A DNA stretch of 64,000 nucleotides from Candidatus Woesebacteria bacterium (lineage in GTDB: Bacteria; Patescibacteriota; Microgenomatia; UBA8517), in contig CP066686.1 of the NCBI GenBank assembly GCA_016432365.1, positions 192,355-256,354 of the forward strand, given 5' to 3'. The translations under genes and the position numbers were made by a program. Shown here piece after piece: positions 19,284 through 29,081 of the stretch. Under the pieces are notes generated by a model. That model searched no databases and was not told the origin of the DNA. It worked only from the letters and a program-made list of their open reading frames with translations. Numbering within the stretch: the first letter of the stretch is position 1; each line of letters begins with the position of its first letter.

Positions 19284-19356
19284 AGGCCGGAGCGGGAATC
19301 GAACCCGCGCGATAGAAGTTTTGCAGACTCCCGTGTTTCCACTTCACCATCCGGCC
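19284..19356 (-). tRNA. tRNA-Cys (anticodon GCA)
   Basis: Minus-strand sequence folds as a cloverleaf: acceptor GGCCGGA/TCCGGCC, anticodon stem GGAGT/ACTTC, loop CTGCAAA (anticodon GCA), T-arm GCGGGTTCGATTCCCGC. No encoded CCA. Confidence 0.75.
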
Positions 19357-19417
19357 GTGTAGTCCTATTGTATCTTAAGCTCGACGTTAACTCAAAACTT
19401 TGCTAAACTCGGGGACA

Positions 19418-20308
19418 ATGAAGACTTTTAAGGTTGTTATAGCCACCCTTGTCGCTATATCTTTTTTGACAGTAGCTATATTTTTTTTGATCGGTTTTTT
19501 AAAACCGAAGCAGGCGGGTATAAAGATAGAGACCTTACCTTCAGCCACGATATATTTAAACGGTGTTATTGTGGGCAAAACGCCATTTGAAGGAGTATAC
19601 AAACCCGGCGAGACACTGATTAAATTGGTCCCAGACGGTGACGGAAAGCTACTTCCGTTTGAGACTAAGGTAAAGCTTCTGCCCGGAATAAAAACGTTAA
19701 TACGGCGTGAGTTTGGAACAACGGAGGATCTCTCCTCGGGTGATATAATTTCGTTTGACAATATTTCGTCTAAAGACACTAGCTTAATAGCAATTTCTAT
19801 TCCCGAAAACGCGCAGATATCTCTTGACGGTGTTCCCAGAGGCTTTACACCATACAAAACCTCCGCAATTTCTCCGGCTGAGCATCAAATTACAATTAAA
19901 GCGCCGGGATATAACGACAGGGTGATGAAACTTAAAACTCTTGTTGGCTACCGCCTGACAATTTTTGTTAAGTTAGCAAAAAGCTCTCAAAATGAAACAT
20001 TGGAAAATCCAAAAAATACCTTAGAGCCTGCTGTTAAAAAGTATGTTGAAATACTTAAAACACCCACAGGATTTCTTAGGGTTAGGACCCAACCCGGAAC
20101 AAAAGGTGAGGAAATAGCGGAAGTAAAACCCGGTCAAAGGTTTTTATATTTAGAAACGGACCCCAATACCGCCTGGAACAAAATTCAATATCAGGAACCT
20201 CGTCCCGGGCTTCCCAACGGGATAACGGGCTGGGTTTCCGGTGAATTTTCAAAAGTGGTTGAAGAATCAGCAAATAACGCAACGGGTAGTGCAAATACTA
20301 CAATTTAA
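19418..20308 (+). CDS. PEGA-domain protein with C-terminal SH3b-like domain, N-terminal TM anchor
   Basis: ORF begins at TTG 19400, ATG 19418. Two PEGA-like repeats (ATIYLNGVIVGKTPFEG, AQISLDGVPRGFTPYKT) and an SH3-like GFLRVRTQPGTKGEEIAEVKPGQRF. Confidence 0.6.
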   Translation: MKTFKVVIATLVAISFLTVAIFFLIGFLKPKQAGIKIETLPSATIYLNGVIVGKTPFEGVYKPGETLIKLVPDGDGKLLPFETKVKLLPGIKTLIRREFGTTEDLSSGDIISFDNISSKDTSLIAISIPENAQISLDGVPRGFTPYKTSAISPAEHQITIKAPGYNDRVMKLKTLVGYRLTIFVKLAKSSQNETLENPKNTLEPAVKKYVEILKTPTGFLRVRTQPGTKGEEIAEVKPGQRFLYLETDPNTAWNKIQYQEPRPGLPNGITGWVSGEFSKVVEESANNATGSANTTI

Positions 20309-21264
20309 ATTCCGGTGGCGGAAACTCCGCTATACAATACCCAATAGACCAGAATCACCCAAAGGCCAACAGCAATAATGAGTGCGCGATCAGACAGAAG
20401 AAGTTTTTCCGGAGTCTCGCTTTTACCCTCAAAAATTAAATATTCATACCTCATTATTCCAAAAATTGTTACGGGAATTGTCAACATTAATAGTTTGTTG
20501 ATAGTTGTGGTTCTGGAAAGCTCAGCAAGAACCAGCCAAAACGGAAGTGTTGCTTTTGGGCTTTCAAAAAAAGTGAAAAGGGCCCAACTCATCCAGGAGG
20601 CATTTCCAAACATGGTTACATACGAATTTAGCAAATCCTTTTTATAATTGCCCAAGCTTTTTCTTGTAAGAATATCGCTTTCCTGGGATAGATTAAGCTC
20701 GGCACGCCTTTTCCCCGAAGCCAGAAAGAGAGCCACAGAGATTACACATAGTAAGAACCAAACCGACAGGTGCGCATCGATTACGAAAGCCCCTGCGTAT
20801 ACACGCATGATAAACCCTGTAGCAATTATCAAAATGTCGAGTATTGCAATATTCTTAAGCCCCAAGCTATAAAATAATTGAAGTACGAGATACCCTAAAA
20901 TAGTAAAAAAGAAAAGTGAGTTCAAAGAAACGCTAACAAGGAGCGCCAAAATCCCAAGAAAAATAGCTTCAAAAAAAGCCAAGATAACGGGCACTGAGCC
21001 GGAGGCGACAGGACGGAATTTTTTGGTAGGATGAAGTCTGTCTCGTTTTGCATCGAGTATGTCATTAAAAACATAAGTGGCAGAAGTGGCAAAGTTAAAA
21101 GCAATAAAGGCAAAAAAAACTTCCCTGAAGGCCACTTTGTCAAAGAACATTCCGGTCAGAAATAGAGCTGCGAAAAGCCCCAGGTTTTTTAGCCAATGAA
21201 GGGGGCGCGCCAGCATGATAGCCGAAAGAACTAGATTGTCTTTTTGGGTCTGTAAGTAAGCCAT
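20305..21264 (-). CDS. UbiA-family prenyl-phosphate transferase (decaprenyl-phosphate phosphoribosyltransferase-like)
   Basis: 319 aa polytopic membrane protein with the NDILDAKRD aspartate-rich motif. Confidence 0.7.
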   Translation of the reverse strand: MAYLQTQKDNLVLSAIMLARPLHWLKNLGLFAALFLTGMFFDKVAFREVFFAFIAFNFATSATYVFNDILDAKRDRLHPTKKFRPVASGSVPVILAFFEAIFLGILALLVSVSLNSLFFFTILGYLVLQLFYSLGLKNIAILDILIIATGFIMRVYAGAFVIDAHLSVWFLLCVISVALFLASGKRRAELNLSQESDILTRKSLGNYKKDLLNSYVTMFGNASWMSWALFTFFESPKATLPFWLVLAELSRTTTINKLLMLTIPVTIFGIMRYEYLIFEGKSETPEKLLLSDRALIIAVGLWVILVYWVLYSGVSATGI

Positions 21265-22301
21265 ATTATTAATCCTCCAATTAGTGTCGCTACACCGATC
21301 ATTGTATATATCTTTTCTCCCGTATTCAAATTAAGAGCAGCAAAACCCAGTATGCCGGTAATTATCCAGTAAAAAACGGCAACTTGAGATTTACTCATTC
21401 CTGCGTCGAGCAGTTTGTGATGCAAATGTCCTCTGTCTCCCCAAACGGGAGACTTACCTGAAGCAATTCTTCTAATGATTGTATAGCCGGTATCAATTAA
21501 GGGGACCCCTAAAACTACCATTAATGCTCCAACTTTAGTTGTAGAAAGTATAGATAAGATTGCAAGAAGGTATCCAGCTAAAGTGCTTCCGCCGTAACCC
21601 GGCATGATTTTTTGAGGGAAAATATGCCAAGGCAGAAACCCTAAGTAAGATCCCGCCGTAATGGCTGCCAAAATTATGACCGGCCACTGGGTTATATCTG
21701 CCGAAAACTTCAAAGAAAGAAAGGCAATAGTTAAGGCACCAATTACAGTTACTCCGCTCATTTGACCGTCGACCCCCTTAGCCCCCATGTTTACAATGTT
21801 CATCAAAAAAGTTATCCAAAAAAGCGCAAAAAGGTCGCTCAAAATCCAGATGCTATGATTTCCAAAAAAAGTAAAATTTATTTGGGGCTGACTCAGGTTG
21901 ATTGTTCCCCCTAGGGGGTTACTAATAAAAGAAATTCCAATTCCGGCTATAATAGGGGACGCAGCGGCCGTAAAACCCAAAAGCAATCTCAGATATGGAT
22001 TAAGATTATATTTGTCGTCAAGAAAACCCATTAAGACCAAAATAGCGGCCCCAATCAGAATTCCGGCAATATGCTTATCTATTGGTAAAAAAAGCAGAGT
22101 GGAGATAATTAGTGCAATAAAAATCGGGATTCCTCCACCCCTGGGGACAGGATATGTATGAATGACTTTAGCGTGTTTGTTGAGTTTTGGGTCATCAATA
22201 ATACCCAACTTGCCGGCAAATTTGATGACAATGGGCGTTGCCAAAAAAGACAGAATGGCAGCCGTTATCCAAGGTACGAAGAAAAGATTGTTGATATTCA
22301 T
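21231..22301 (-). CDS. Glycosyltransferase family 4 polyprenyl-phosphate sugar-1-phosphate transferase (MraY/WecA/TagO-like)
   Basis: 356 aa polytopic; DDxxN motif (MGFLDDKYNL) and MraY/WecA-like core; overlaps the UbiA gene by 34 nt, so operonic. Confidence 0.8.
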   Translation of the reverse strand: MNINNLFFVPWITAAILSFLATPIVIKFAGKLGIIDDPKLNKHAKVIHTYPVPRGGGIPIFIALIISTLLFLPIDKHIAGILIGAAILVLMGFLDDKYNLNPYLRLLLGFTAAASPIIAGIGISFISNPLGGTINLSQPQINFTFFGNHSIWILSDLFALFWITFLMNIVNMGAKGVDGQMSGVTVIGALTIAFLSLKFSADITQWPVIILAAITAGSYLGFLPWHIFPQKIMPGYGGSTLAGYLLAILSILSTTKVGALMVVLGVPLIDTGYTIIRRIASGKSPVWGDRGHLHHKLLDAGMSKSQVAVFYWIITGILGFAALNLNTGEKIYTMIGVATLIGGLIIWLTYRPKKTI

Positions 22302-22307
22302 TACATG

Positions 22308-22670
22308 CTATCCGAAAAAACCTACTAAAAAAACTATTTTTAATATAGTGATTGTTATCAAAAGTGAAAAGAGAAAAGCTCCTGAAATCAAAATTTTTTT
22401 AGAAAAAACATCCTCAGTGATCAAAGCTAATCCTGAGTTGGTCAATGTTATTACAATTGAGACGATTGGAGCAAAGAACAGGTTTAAAACGGGTACCAAC
22501 TGTGATTCACCGAAGGGTCTCCCATAAAAAAGAGGAACGATTGGGGGGAGAATGTTTTTGAAAATAAATATAATGGCAATTGAGGAAAAACCGAGTCCAA
22601 GGGATGCGTAAAAGAAACCTCTGAAAGGAGTTTTGTGCCATGACGAGGCAATTTCCGTATTAGTAGACAT
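22308..22670 (-). CDS. Small hypothetical polytopic membrane protein
   Basis: 120 aa, three or four predicted TM helices; no domain recognised. Confidence 0.35.
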   Translation of the reverse strand: MSTNTEIASSWHKTPFRGFFYASLGLGFSSIAIIFIFKNILPPIVPLFYGRPFGESQLVPVLNLFFAPIVSIVITLTNSGLALITEDVFSKKILISGAFLFSLLITITILKIVFLVGFFG

Positions 22671-22691
22671 TGTATGGAGATTTTAACACAA

Positions 22692-24188
22692 CTAAGGTAG
22701 CAAGGAGTATATGTTTGCCCCATCTATCTGCTGAATGAGAATATATTTGTTGGTGATTAACGGCGCTAGTTCCGGATAGGTGTTCCCGGGAGTAAGAATA
22801 ATAAACTTTGGAGGATTAACCGAAACTTGTTTGGCGACTTCACTGCGGGAAGAAAAATCGCTTACATGATAAGGAACGACATATTTAATTGGAGGAAGCC
22901 TTCCGGCCAGGGCGTAGACCGCAGCCGAATCCGGGTCCCACATGAATACCCGGTCAGTTTTATGGCTCGATTGTGACAAGAACACGGCTATTTTGTAATT
23001 TCTATTTGTCGTAGAAGAAAATCCGGAAAAATATTGATCCTTACTTATTTTGTGAGTTGCGAAATTTATAAAGCGCGCGTAATAACTTGCGGTGGGGTAA
23101 AGGTAGAACTTATAAAATACAGGGACTGCAAACGCTACCATTAGAGGAATCACTACCAGAGATTGTTCAACACTTTTGTCAGTAAAAAACATAGCAAGAA
23201 GGAACGAAATCGGAGCCACGGCTTGTATAAAATAATGGGGATACGGACGTTCCGAAAGAGTTACTGCGAATAAAGCAAAGAGTGTCCATATTACGAATAA
23301 AATGAATTTTTTTGAAAGTTTTTTTCTAAACAACCATACAACAACAGAGCCAATTAAAACGACTAACGCCCTAGTCAAAAGCGGGGCATTTCTGACAATG
23401 AACGGTTTTTGAACATCTCCCGGTCTGAAACTGCTTAGGTATCCGACGTTTTGCAAATATGCCGCCTTTATATATTCTGGTAGGGATCCGGCAAAATAGT
23501 ACCAGATAAAAGTTAAAAGAATGGGTAGGGCAAACCCAAGAATAAGAATAATGGTGTTTTTGATTATATTTTTCCATTCCTTTTTAATGTCACCGGTTAT
23601 TAACCAGTAGGCAACGATTATCGGCGCGTCGAAGGCGGCAGGGATTTTAAAGAGTGTGCCAAGTCCCAAAAAGATTCCGGCAAGAAATACCCTTTTGGCT
23701 GTAAGTCCTCTTTCTAGCAGTATTAAAAAGGCAAGAATGGTAAAACCGATCATAAAAAGTTCGGAGTTAACGGTATTGCCCTCAAGAAGCGGAAGAGTAG
23801 TAAGTGCGGCAAAGATAATTGTAGAAATCTTTTGTGCTCCTTCATTTCTTTCGAAAAATGTTTTTGATAGCTTGTAAAACCAAACAGTGGAAACAATCAT
23901 CCAAAAGGCAAGAGCTACTTTAAACCAGAATAAGTTGTCGGTAACTGCGGCGGTTAAATAGAGAAGTGGGGGCTTATTGTCATGGACGTCTTTATATAGA
24001 GTAAGTCCTTGTCGAACCCCTTGTCCCATTGTCAGATACACCATTTCGTCACCGTAATAGTAAGGTTCAAAAAAGGAGGGAATTCTAAGAACTAAAATTA
24101 AAAACAACAAACCACAAAGCCAGTTTGGAATGTTTGGAAGATGTAGAACGTCGCCGATTTTGTGAAGTTTTTGCCAGGTGGATTTCAT
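22692..24188 (-). CDS. GT-C fold glycosyltransferase family 39/83-like (ArnT/PMT-type) membrane protein
   Basis: 498 aa, many TM helices; first-loop DE motif (YYYGDEMVYLTMG) typical of ArnT/PMT enzymes. Confidence 0.6.
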   Translation of the reverse strand: MKSTWQKLHKIGDVLHLPNIPNWLCGLLFLILVLRIPSFFEPYYYGDEMVYLTMGQGVRQGLTLYKDVHDNKPPLLYLTAAVTDNLFWFKVALAFWMIVSTVWFYKLSKTFFERNEGAQKISTIIFAALTTLPLLEGNTVNSELFMIGFTILAFLILLERGLTAKRVFLAGIFLGLGTLFKIPAAFDAPIIVAYWLITGDIKKEWKNIIKNTIILILGFALPILLTFIWYYFAGSLPEYIKAAYLQNVGYLSSFRPGDVQKPFIVRNAPLLTRALVVLIGSVVVWLFRKKLSKKFILFVIWTLFALFAVTLSERPYPHYFIQAVAPISFLLAMFFTDKSVEQSLVVIPLMVAFAVPVFYKFYLYPTASYYARFINFATHKISKDQYFSGFSSTTNRNYKIAVFLSQSSHKTDRVFMWDPDSAAVYALAGRLPPIKYVVPYHVSDFSSRSEVAKQVSVNPPKFIILTPGNTYPELAPLITNKYILIQQIDGANIYSLLP

Positions 24189-24213
24189 TCTGATTTGAGT
24201 ATACTATATTGAT

Positions 24214-25167
24214 ATGCAAAAAATCATAGTAACGGGTGGGGCGGGGTTCATTGGTTCCCATCTTTGCGATTCTCTTCTTGAGAACAATTACAAAGTAGTA
24301 TGTTTGGATAATCTTTTAACGGGATCTAAAAAAAATATAGAACACCTTCTTGATAACCCCAACTTTGAATTTGTTGATGGAGACGTTATTCAACAGTCAA
24401 CAGTTAACAGTCAACATTTCAGCGGTGTTTCCTATATATTTCACTTGGCTTCCCCCGCATCTCCGGTTGATTACCAAAGTTACCCGGAAGAAACACTTAT
24501 GGTCAATTCTTTGGGAACAATCAACATCTTAGAATTAGCAAAAAAAGAGCGAGCAAAGGTTCTCATTGCTTCTACATCAGAAGTTTACGGCGACCCCTTA
24601 GAACACCCGCAAAAAGAAACGTATTGGGGGAATTCAAACTCGTTTGGCCCACGTTCTTGCTACGACGAGAGTAAACGTTTTGCCGAATCGGCAACTTATG
24701 TTTATCTGCAGAAATATAATTTAGACGCAAGAGTGGTGAGAATTTTTAATACTTACGGACCAAGAATGCAGGTAAATGACGGACGGGTGATAAGCAACTT
24801 TATAAACCAGGCAATTAAAAATGAGCCGATAACTATCTACGGTGATGGCACACAAACACGCTCTTTTTGTTTTGTTAGCGACTTGGTCGAGGGTCTTATT
24901 AAAGCAATGTTTACCGAAGGAACAACCGGTGAAGTTTTTAACCTAGGAAACCCGGAAGAATATTCGATGAACGATCTGGCCAAAAAAATCAAGGAAATGA
25001 CAGATTCCGCATCTGACATAGTAAACAAAGAGCTTCCGCCGGATGACCCTAAGCAAAGAAGGCCGGACATAAGTAAGGCCGAACGGTATTTGAATTGGAA
25101 ACCCACAGTAAAGGTTAACGAAGGGCTTCAAAAAACGATTGACTACTATAAAAACCTGAGTATTTAA
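24214..25167 (+). CDS. UDP-glucuronate decarboxylase (UDP-xylose synthase), NAD-dependent SDR
   Basis: 317 aa; IIVTGGAGFIGSHLCDSLL..VVCLDNLLTGSKKNIEHL...FEFVDGDV, catalytic YDESKR; close to eukaryotic and bacterial UXS. Confidence 0.85.
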   Translation: MQKIIVTGGAGFIGSHLCDSLLENNYKVVCLDNLLTGSKKNIEHLLDNPNFEFVDGDVIQQSTVNSQHFSGVSYIFHLASPASPVDYQSYPEETLMVNSLGTINILELAKKERAKVLIASTSEVYGDPLEHPQKETYWGNSNSFGPRSCYDESKRFAESATYVYLQKYNLDARVVRIFNTYGPRMQVNDGRVISNFINQAIKNEPITIYGDGTQTRSFCFVSDLVEGLIKAMFTEGTTGEVFNLGNPEEYSMNDLAKKIKEMTDSASDIVNKELPPDDPKQRRPDISKAERYLNWKPTVKVNEGLQKTIDYYKNLSI

Positions 25168-25173
25168 CTAAAA

Positions 25174-25851
25174 ATGGATAGAGTTGCGAAAAATATTATC
25201 GATTCCTATAGCCAGGGTCCTGACGCCATTTATGCAGATTGGAAGGAGAGAGAGGCACTACCGCCTTACGAAGCCGTTGATATTTGGAGGGATGTTAGCA
25301 GGCTTTTTTTTAGAGACAAAAATGCCGACCTCATATTTTTGAGTCCGACATCTAATTTACCAACACACGAAGTTGCTATTTTTAAAGACGAAGTTCAAAG
25401 TAGAAAGGGTAGTACGATATTTTTGGTTGGTGATTTAGCCAATTTGAATCCAAAAGATGAGCTAGCACAAGTTGCAAACTTGCAAGACGATAAACAAAAG
25501 TTTATTTATTTCAAATGGGATGCCAGGAATCTTCCTGTAAAAAAAGGAACCGTCGATTCAATTTGGGATAGAAGAGGGTGGATATGGCACAGTGCCAATT
25601 TAGAAGATAATAGAGAAAAAGCAACATTGGATTCACTCATTAATTACAGGAAAATGCTCAAGAAGGGTGGAATAATCATATTAGATGCTGACTATGGAAT
25701 GAAAAGTGGACAAAGAGGTCATTCGACAGATTCTGTAGTTAGGACCAGGATAAGAGAAGATTTTTTTGAAAAGCCAGAAATCAAGAAAATGTTTGACAGT
25801 TATTACATAGGTGAAGACCAGAAACGTGTTTTAGTTTTGATAAAGAAATAG
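25174..25851 (+). CDS. Hypothetical protein, possible class I SAM-methyltransferase-like fold
   Basis: 225 aa; DARNLPVKKGTVDSIW resembles MTase motif II/III, but no clear glycine-rich motif I; low confidence. Confidence 0.3.
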   Translation: MDRVAKNIIDSYSQGPDAIYADWKEREALPPYEAVDIWRDVSRLFFRDKNADLIFLSPTSNLPTHEVAIFKDEVQSRKGSTIFLVGDLANLNPKDELAQVANLQDDKQKFIYFKWDARNLPVKKGTVDSIWDRRGWIWHSANLEDNREKATLDSLINYRKMLKKGGIIILDADYGMKSGQRGHSTDSVVRTRIREDFFEKPEIKKMFDSYYIGEDQKRVLVLIKK

Positions 25852-25864
25852 CCACACTTTTTCA

Positions 25865-25991
25865 GTTACCCTGTATTCTATCCTGCAGTTCATGAATTGC
25901 GAAAGAAGTCTTTCTTGAGCAACCGAATGAACTAAAGGATATAGTACAGAGTAAATAACTTTCATACCTTCTCGGTTACTCTGTACTCTAT
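25865..25991. repeat. Three copies of a ~17-nt motif gttacYctgtaYtctat (two direct, one inverted) between convergent genes
   Basis: 25865-25881 gttaccctgtattctat; 25941-25954 atagtacagagtaa (inverted); 25975-25991 gttactctgtactctat. The inverted copy and third copy form a ~14-bp stem. Confidence 0.5.
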
Positions 25992-27515
25992 GTATTTACC
26001 TAGCATTAGACGTGTGTGAGCATCGATGCCGGGTAGAGCGGAAAAGAAAAACCCAGCAATCGGCATTAATATAAATTCAAATGGTGTAAAAATTTGTCTC
26101 CAAACGGAAACTTCTTTGGGCCTTGCTGGTTTTTGGATGTTGTCGATTACAAGCATAATGACCAGGAAAACCAGAGAAATCGTAAGGATGAAAGAAGAGA
26201 GTTTGGGTACAGTGTAGCCCAGTGCTGTACGTCCAAAGGCAGGATTAAGAAGTGTTGGTAGCGTTAAACCGATTGTAATAATAAACCAGTTAACTGGCCA
26301 CAGAAAATGTGCCCAAATCACTTGGAATAGGCGGGTGGTTTTGTCCCAAAAAGGAACGTCGCGAGCCAACAAATAACTTTTTATAATCCATGGATCATCA
26401 CTTACTCCCCAGGCCCATCTTTGTATTTGCTGATATTGATTTTGCAAAGTTTTCCAAAATGAAGAAGATTGGGCCGCATCAGCCATTAGAGGCAAGTAAA
26501 TCGGTTCTACCTCGATTCCACCACCGCTTTTATAGAATGCTTTGAAGAATATTCCCCAGTCTTCAGGAATTTTATCAGGGTCCCAATAGCCCACAGAATC
26601 GAGGAGTTTAAATGAAAGTGAGTAATTTTGAGCGTTTATGAGTCTGTCGTGTCTTGGAAGAAGAGAGAGGTTCCAAATTGTCATCAAGGTATTTGGGACG
26701 CGTGTAATTGCGGGAATTTCCCATATATTGTTATAGAACATGACAGCAGGTTGCCAAAAAGTTTTGTACCGTTTGGGGTTATCCAAGAATTTGTAAGTTA
26801 AATTTGCAAAATGCTTAGGATGAAACTTGTGGTCTGCATCACAGCTGGTTACTGTTACATAGTTGAGGTCGATTTTGTTTCGGTCGATATAGTTTTTCTT
26901 TATCCAAATAGCCGCAAATCTTTCGTTACTGGCTTTCCCCGCAACCTCTCCCATCTCCAGTTCGTGGGTGGTTACAAATATATGATCGAAATATTTCCCA
27001 AATTTAGCTTTTAACTCTTTGCTTTTAGCGTTTCGCGATTCCCTCGTCTCTTTTCCTTCCATGGCAAAAACCGGGATTATATGTTTAGTCGGGAATTCCT
27101 GATCGGCAAGCGACTTGAGGGTTCTTTCCAAAATGTGAACCGGTTCGTTATATGTAGGAATTATTACGATATGCCGTACTCTTTCCCAGTCGGGGAACCC
27201 GCGAACATCTCCCATCCAGTCGTAAATCTTGGCCGACTGAATTTTGAGGTGTGAGACGATTGAGGAAATTGCAATCTGAAGTGATTGATAAAACCAATAA
27301 ATATTGAAAAAAAGTATAAAGTAGGCAACGACAACAGGAATAACCAGGATTCCCCAGTACGGGAAGAGGATAAGGTTCCAAGAGACCATTCCCGGCAAAA
27401 TTTCCAGCAACCTTAGGATACGTTTCTCATGACGAATGATAAAGTTACGCATATTACCTTTTCTTGCCCCGCAACCTATGCCCTTGCGACGCAAACGCGT
27501 AGCATTTGGGTGCAA
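25962..27515 (-). CDS. Processive family-2 glycosyltransferase (cellulose/chitin/hyaluronan-synthase-like), polytopic
   Basis: GT2 motifs IPTYNEP, SCDADH and QQIQRWAWG (Q-x-x-RW processivity motif); N- and C-terminal TM helices; likely start at internal Met 27452. Confidence 0.8.
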   Translation of the reverse strand: MHPNATRLRRKGIGCGARKGNMRNFIIRHEKRILRLLEILPGMVSWNLILFPYWGILVIPVVVAYFILFFNIYWFYQSLQIAISSIVSHLKIQSAKIYDWMGDVRGFPDWERVRHIVIIPTYNEPVHILERTLKSLADQEFPTKHIIPVFAMEGKETRESRNAKSKELKAKFGKYFDHIFVTTHELEMGEVAGKASNERFAAIWIKKNYIDRNKIDLNYVTVTSCDADHKFHPKHFANLTYKFLDNPKRYKTFWQPAVMFYNNIWEIPAITRVPNTLMTIWNLSLLPRHDRLINAQNYSLSFKLLDSVGYWDPDKIPEDWGIFFKAFYKSGGGIEVEPIYLPLMADAAQSSSFWKTLQNQYQQIQRWAWGVSDDPWIIKSYLLARDVPFWDKTTRLFQVIWAHFLWPVNWFIITIGLTLPTLLNPAFGRTALGYTVPKLSSFILTISLVFLVIMLVIDNIQKPARPKEVSVWRQIFTPFEFILMPIAGFFFSALPGIDAHTRLMLGKYIEYRVTEKV

Positions 27516-27558
27516 GTAAGTATGGTGTGGGGTTGTGTTTGATTATGTAGTTCCTCAT

Positions 27559-29022
27559 TTATGGAAGGCGGGGGAATAGTGGTTTACCGGATTGTATTTT
27601 TGGACCTCGGAACTGATCCTCTATTTTTTGTGCTGTTTCTGGCATGAAAGGTAATAGATGATGGCAAATAACTAATAGTGAGGAGACAGAGATGGTTAGC
27701 ACTTCCTTAAGTCTCTCGCCGGAAAGTTTCCAGGGTTCGTTTTCATTAATATATTTATCGGTTTCAGCAACATTAACCCAAATTATTCTCAGCGCCTCAT
27801 CAAATTTGTATTCGTTCAAAGCTTTTTCTATCTCTTTATTGCCTTTTTCGTTGATTGATGTATCACTAGAGAATTCGAAGCCTGAATTTTCGCAAAGCTT
27901 GGCGCATCTGGCGACCAAATTACCAAGTCCATTTGCCAGGTCGGCATTGTAAGTTTCTTCAAATTTTTCTTTGGTAAAATCACTGTCTTCCGAAGGGCTA
28001 ATTTTTGCTAACAAATAATAGCGGAGCGCATCCGTTCCGTATTTTTCTACATAATCAAACGGGTTAACAACATTCCCTAAAGATTTACTCATCTTTTGTC
28101 CGTTACTTGTAATGAATCCATGAATAAATATTTGTCTTGATGGTGGAAGCCCTGCGGCGATTAACATTGCCTGCCACATTGAAGATTGTTGCCTTAGGTT
28201 GTCCTTACCTGCTACTTGAATGGCATTTGGTGAATCTTTCGTTCCCCAAAATTCTTCAAACTTAGATGGTTTACCCGCCGTAGCTTTAGCGGAGGTGGGC
28301 CACCCCAAGGCAGAAATATAATATGTTAGGGCGTCGAACCAAACGTACATAACTTGTTTAGAATCTTCCGGGACAGGAACTCCCCACGGCATTTTTTCTT
28401 TGATTCTACTTATACTAAAATCAGAAAGACCGGCTTCGACAAAGTTACGTATTTCTTTTTGTCGATGCTCTGGAACTACAAAATCAGGGAATCGATCGAA
28501 ATGTTTTAGCAACTTGCCTTGAAGCCTTGAAAATTTAAAGAAATAATTTTCCTCCTCGATTAGTTCGATATCTTTATTTGGATGGAGCGGGCATTTGCCA
28601 TCAACCAAATCGGAATCGGTTTTTTCCAATTCGCAACCCACACAATATTTGGCCTTATAAATTCCTTTTTCTATAAACCCGGCCGCATCAACCCGCTTCC
28701 ACATCTCTTGAGCAGCCTTTATGTGTTCTGGGTTTGTCGAGCGCCAAAAACTATTGTACGAAAGATTCAAGCCCTTTCTTAAATTATCAAACTTAGCAGC
28801 ATACTCATCGACATATGTTTGGGGTTCTTTTCCTTCTTCAAGCGCCTTTTCGTAAATTTTTTTGCCATGTTCGTCTGTTCCTGTATTAAAAAAGACCTCA
28901 TCTCCCAATTGCGCGTGGTAGCGTGCAAGAACGTCTGCCTGAATTATTTCCAATGCAAATCCAATATGGGGGTCACTGTTCACATAAGGAGCCGTGGTTG
29001 TTATGTAATATTTCCTGGCCAT
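27559..29022 (-). CDS. metG: Methionine--tRNA ligase (minimal, no C-terminal tRNA-binding domain)
   Basis: 487 aa; HIGH-region equivalent TTAPYVNSDPHIGFA and KMSKSLGNVV. Confidence 0.9.
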   Translation of the reverse strand: MARKYYITTTAPYVNSDPHIGFALEIIQADVLARYHAQLGDEVFFNTGTDEHGKKIYEKALEEGKEPQTYVDEYAAKFDNLRKGLNLSYNSFWRSTNPEHIKAAQEMWKRVDAAGFIEKGIYKAKYCVGCELEKTDSDLVDGKCPLHPNKDIELIEEENYFFKFSRLQGKLLKHFDRFPDFVVPEHRQKEIRNFVEAGLSDFSISRIKEKMPWGVPVPEDSKQVMYVWFDALTYYISALGWPTSAKATAGKPSKFEEFWGTKDSPNAIQVAGKDNLRQQSSMWQAMLIAAGLPPSRQIFIHGFITSNGQKMSKSLGNVVNPFDYVEKYGTDALRYYLLAKISPSEDSDFTKEKFEETYNADLANGLGNLVARCAKLCENSGFEFSSDTSINEKGNKEIEKALNEYKFDEALRIIWVNVAETDKYINENEPWKLSGERLKEVLTISVSSLLVICHHLLPFMPETAQKIEDQFRGPKIQSGKPLFPRLP

Positions 29023-29081
29023 ACTCGTATTTTAGTCTATTTAAAACAAAAATACCTCTTGTTGATAAATGTCCAGAGCAG

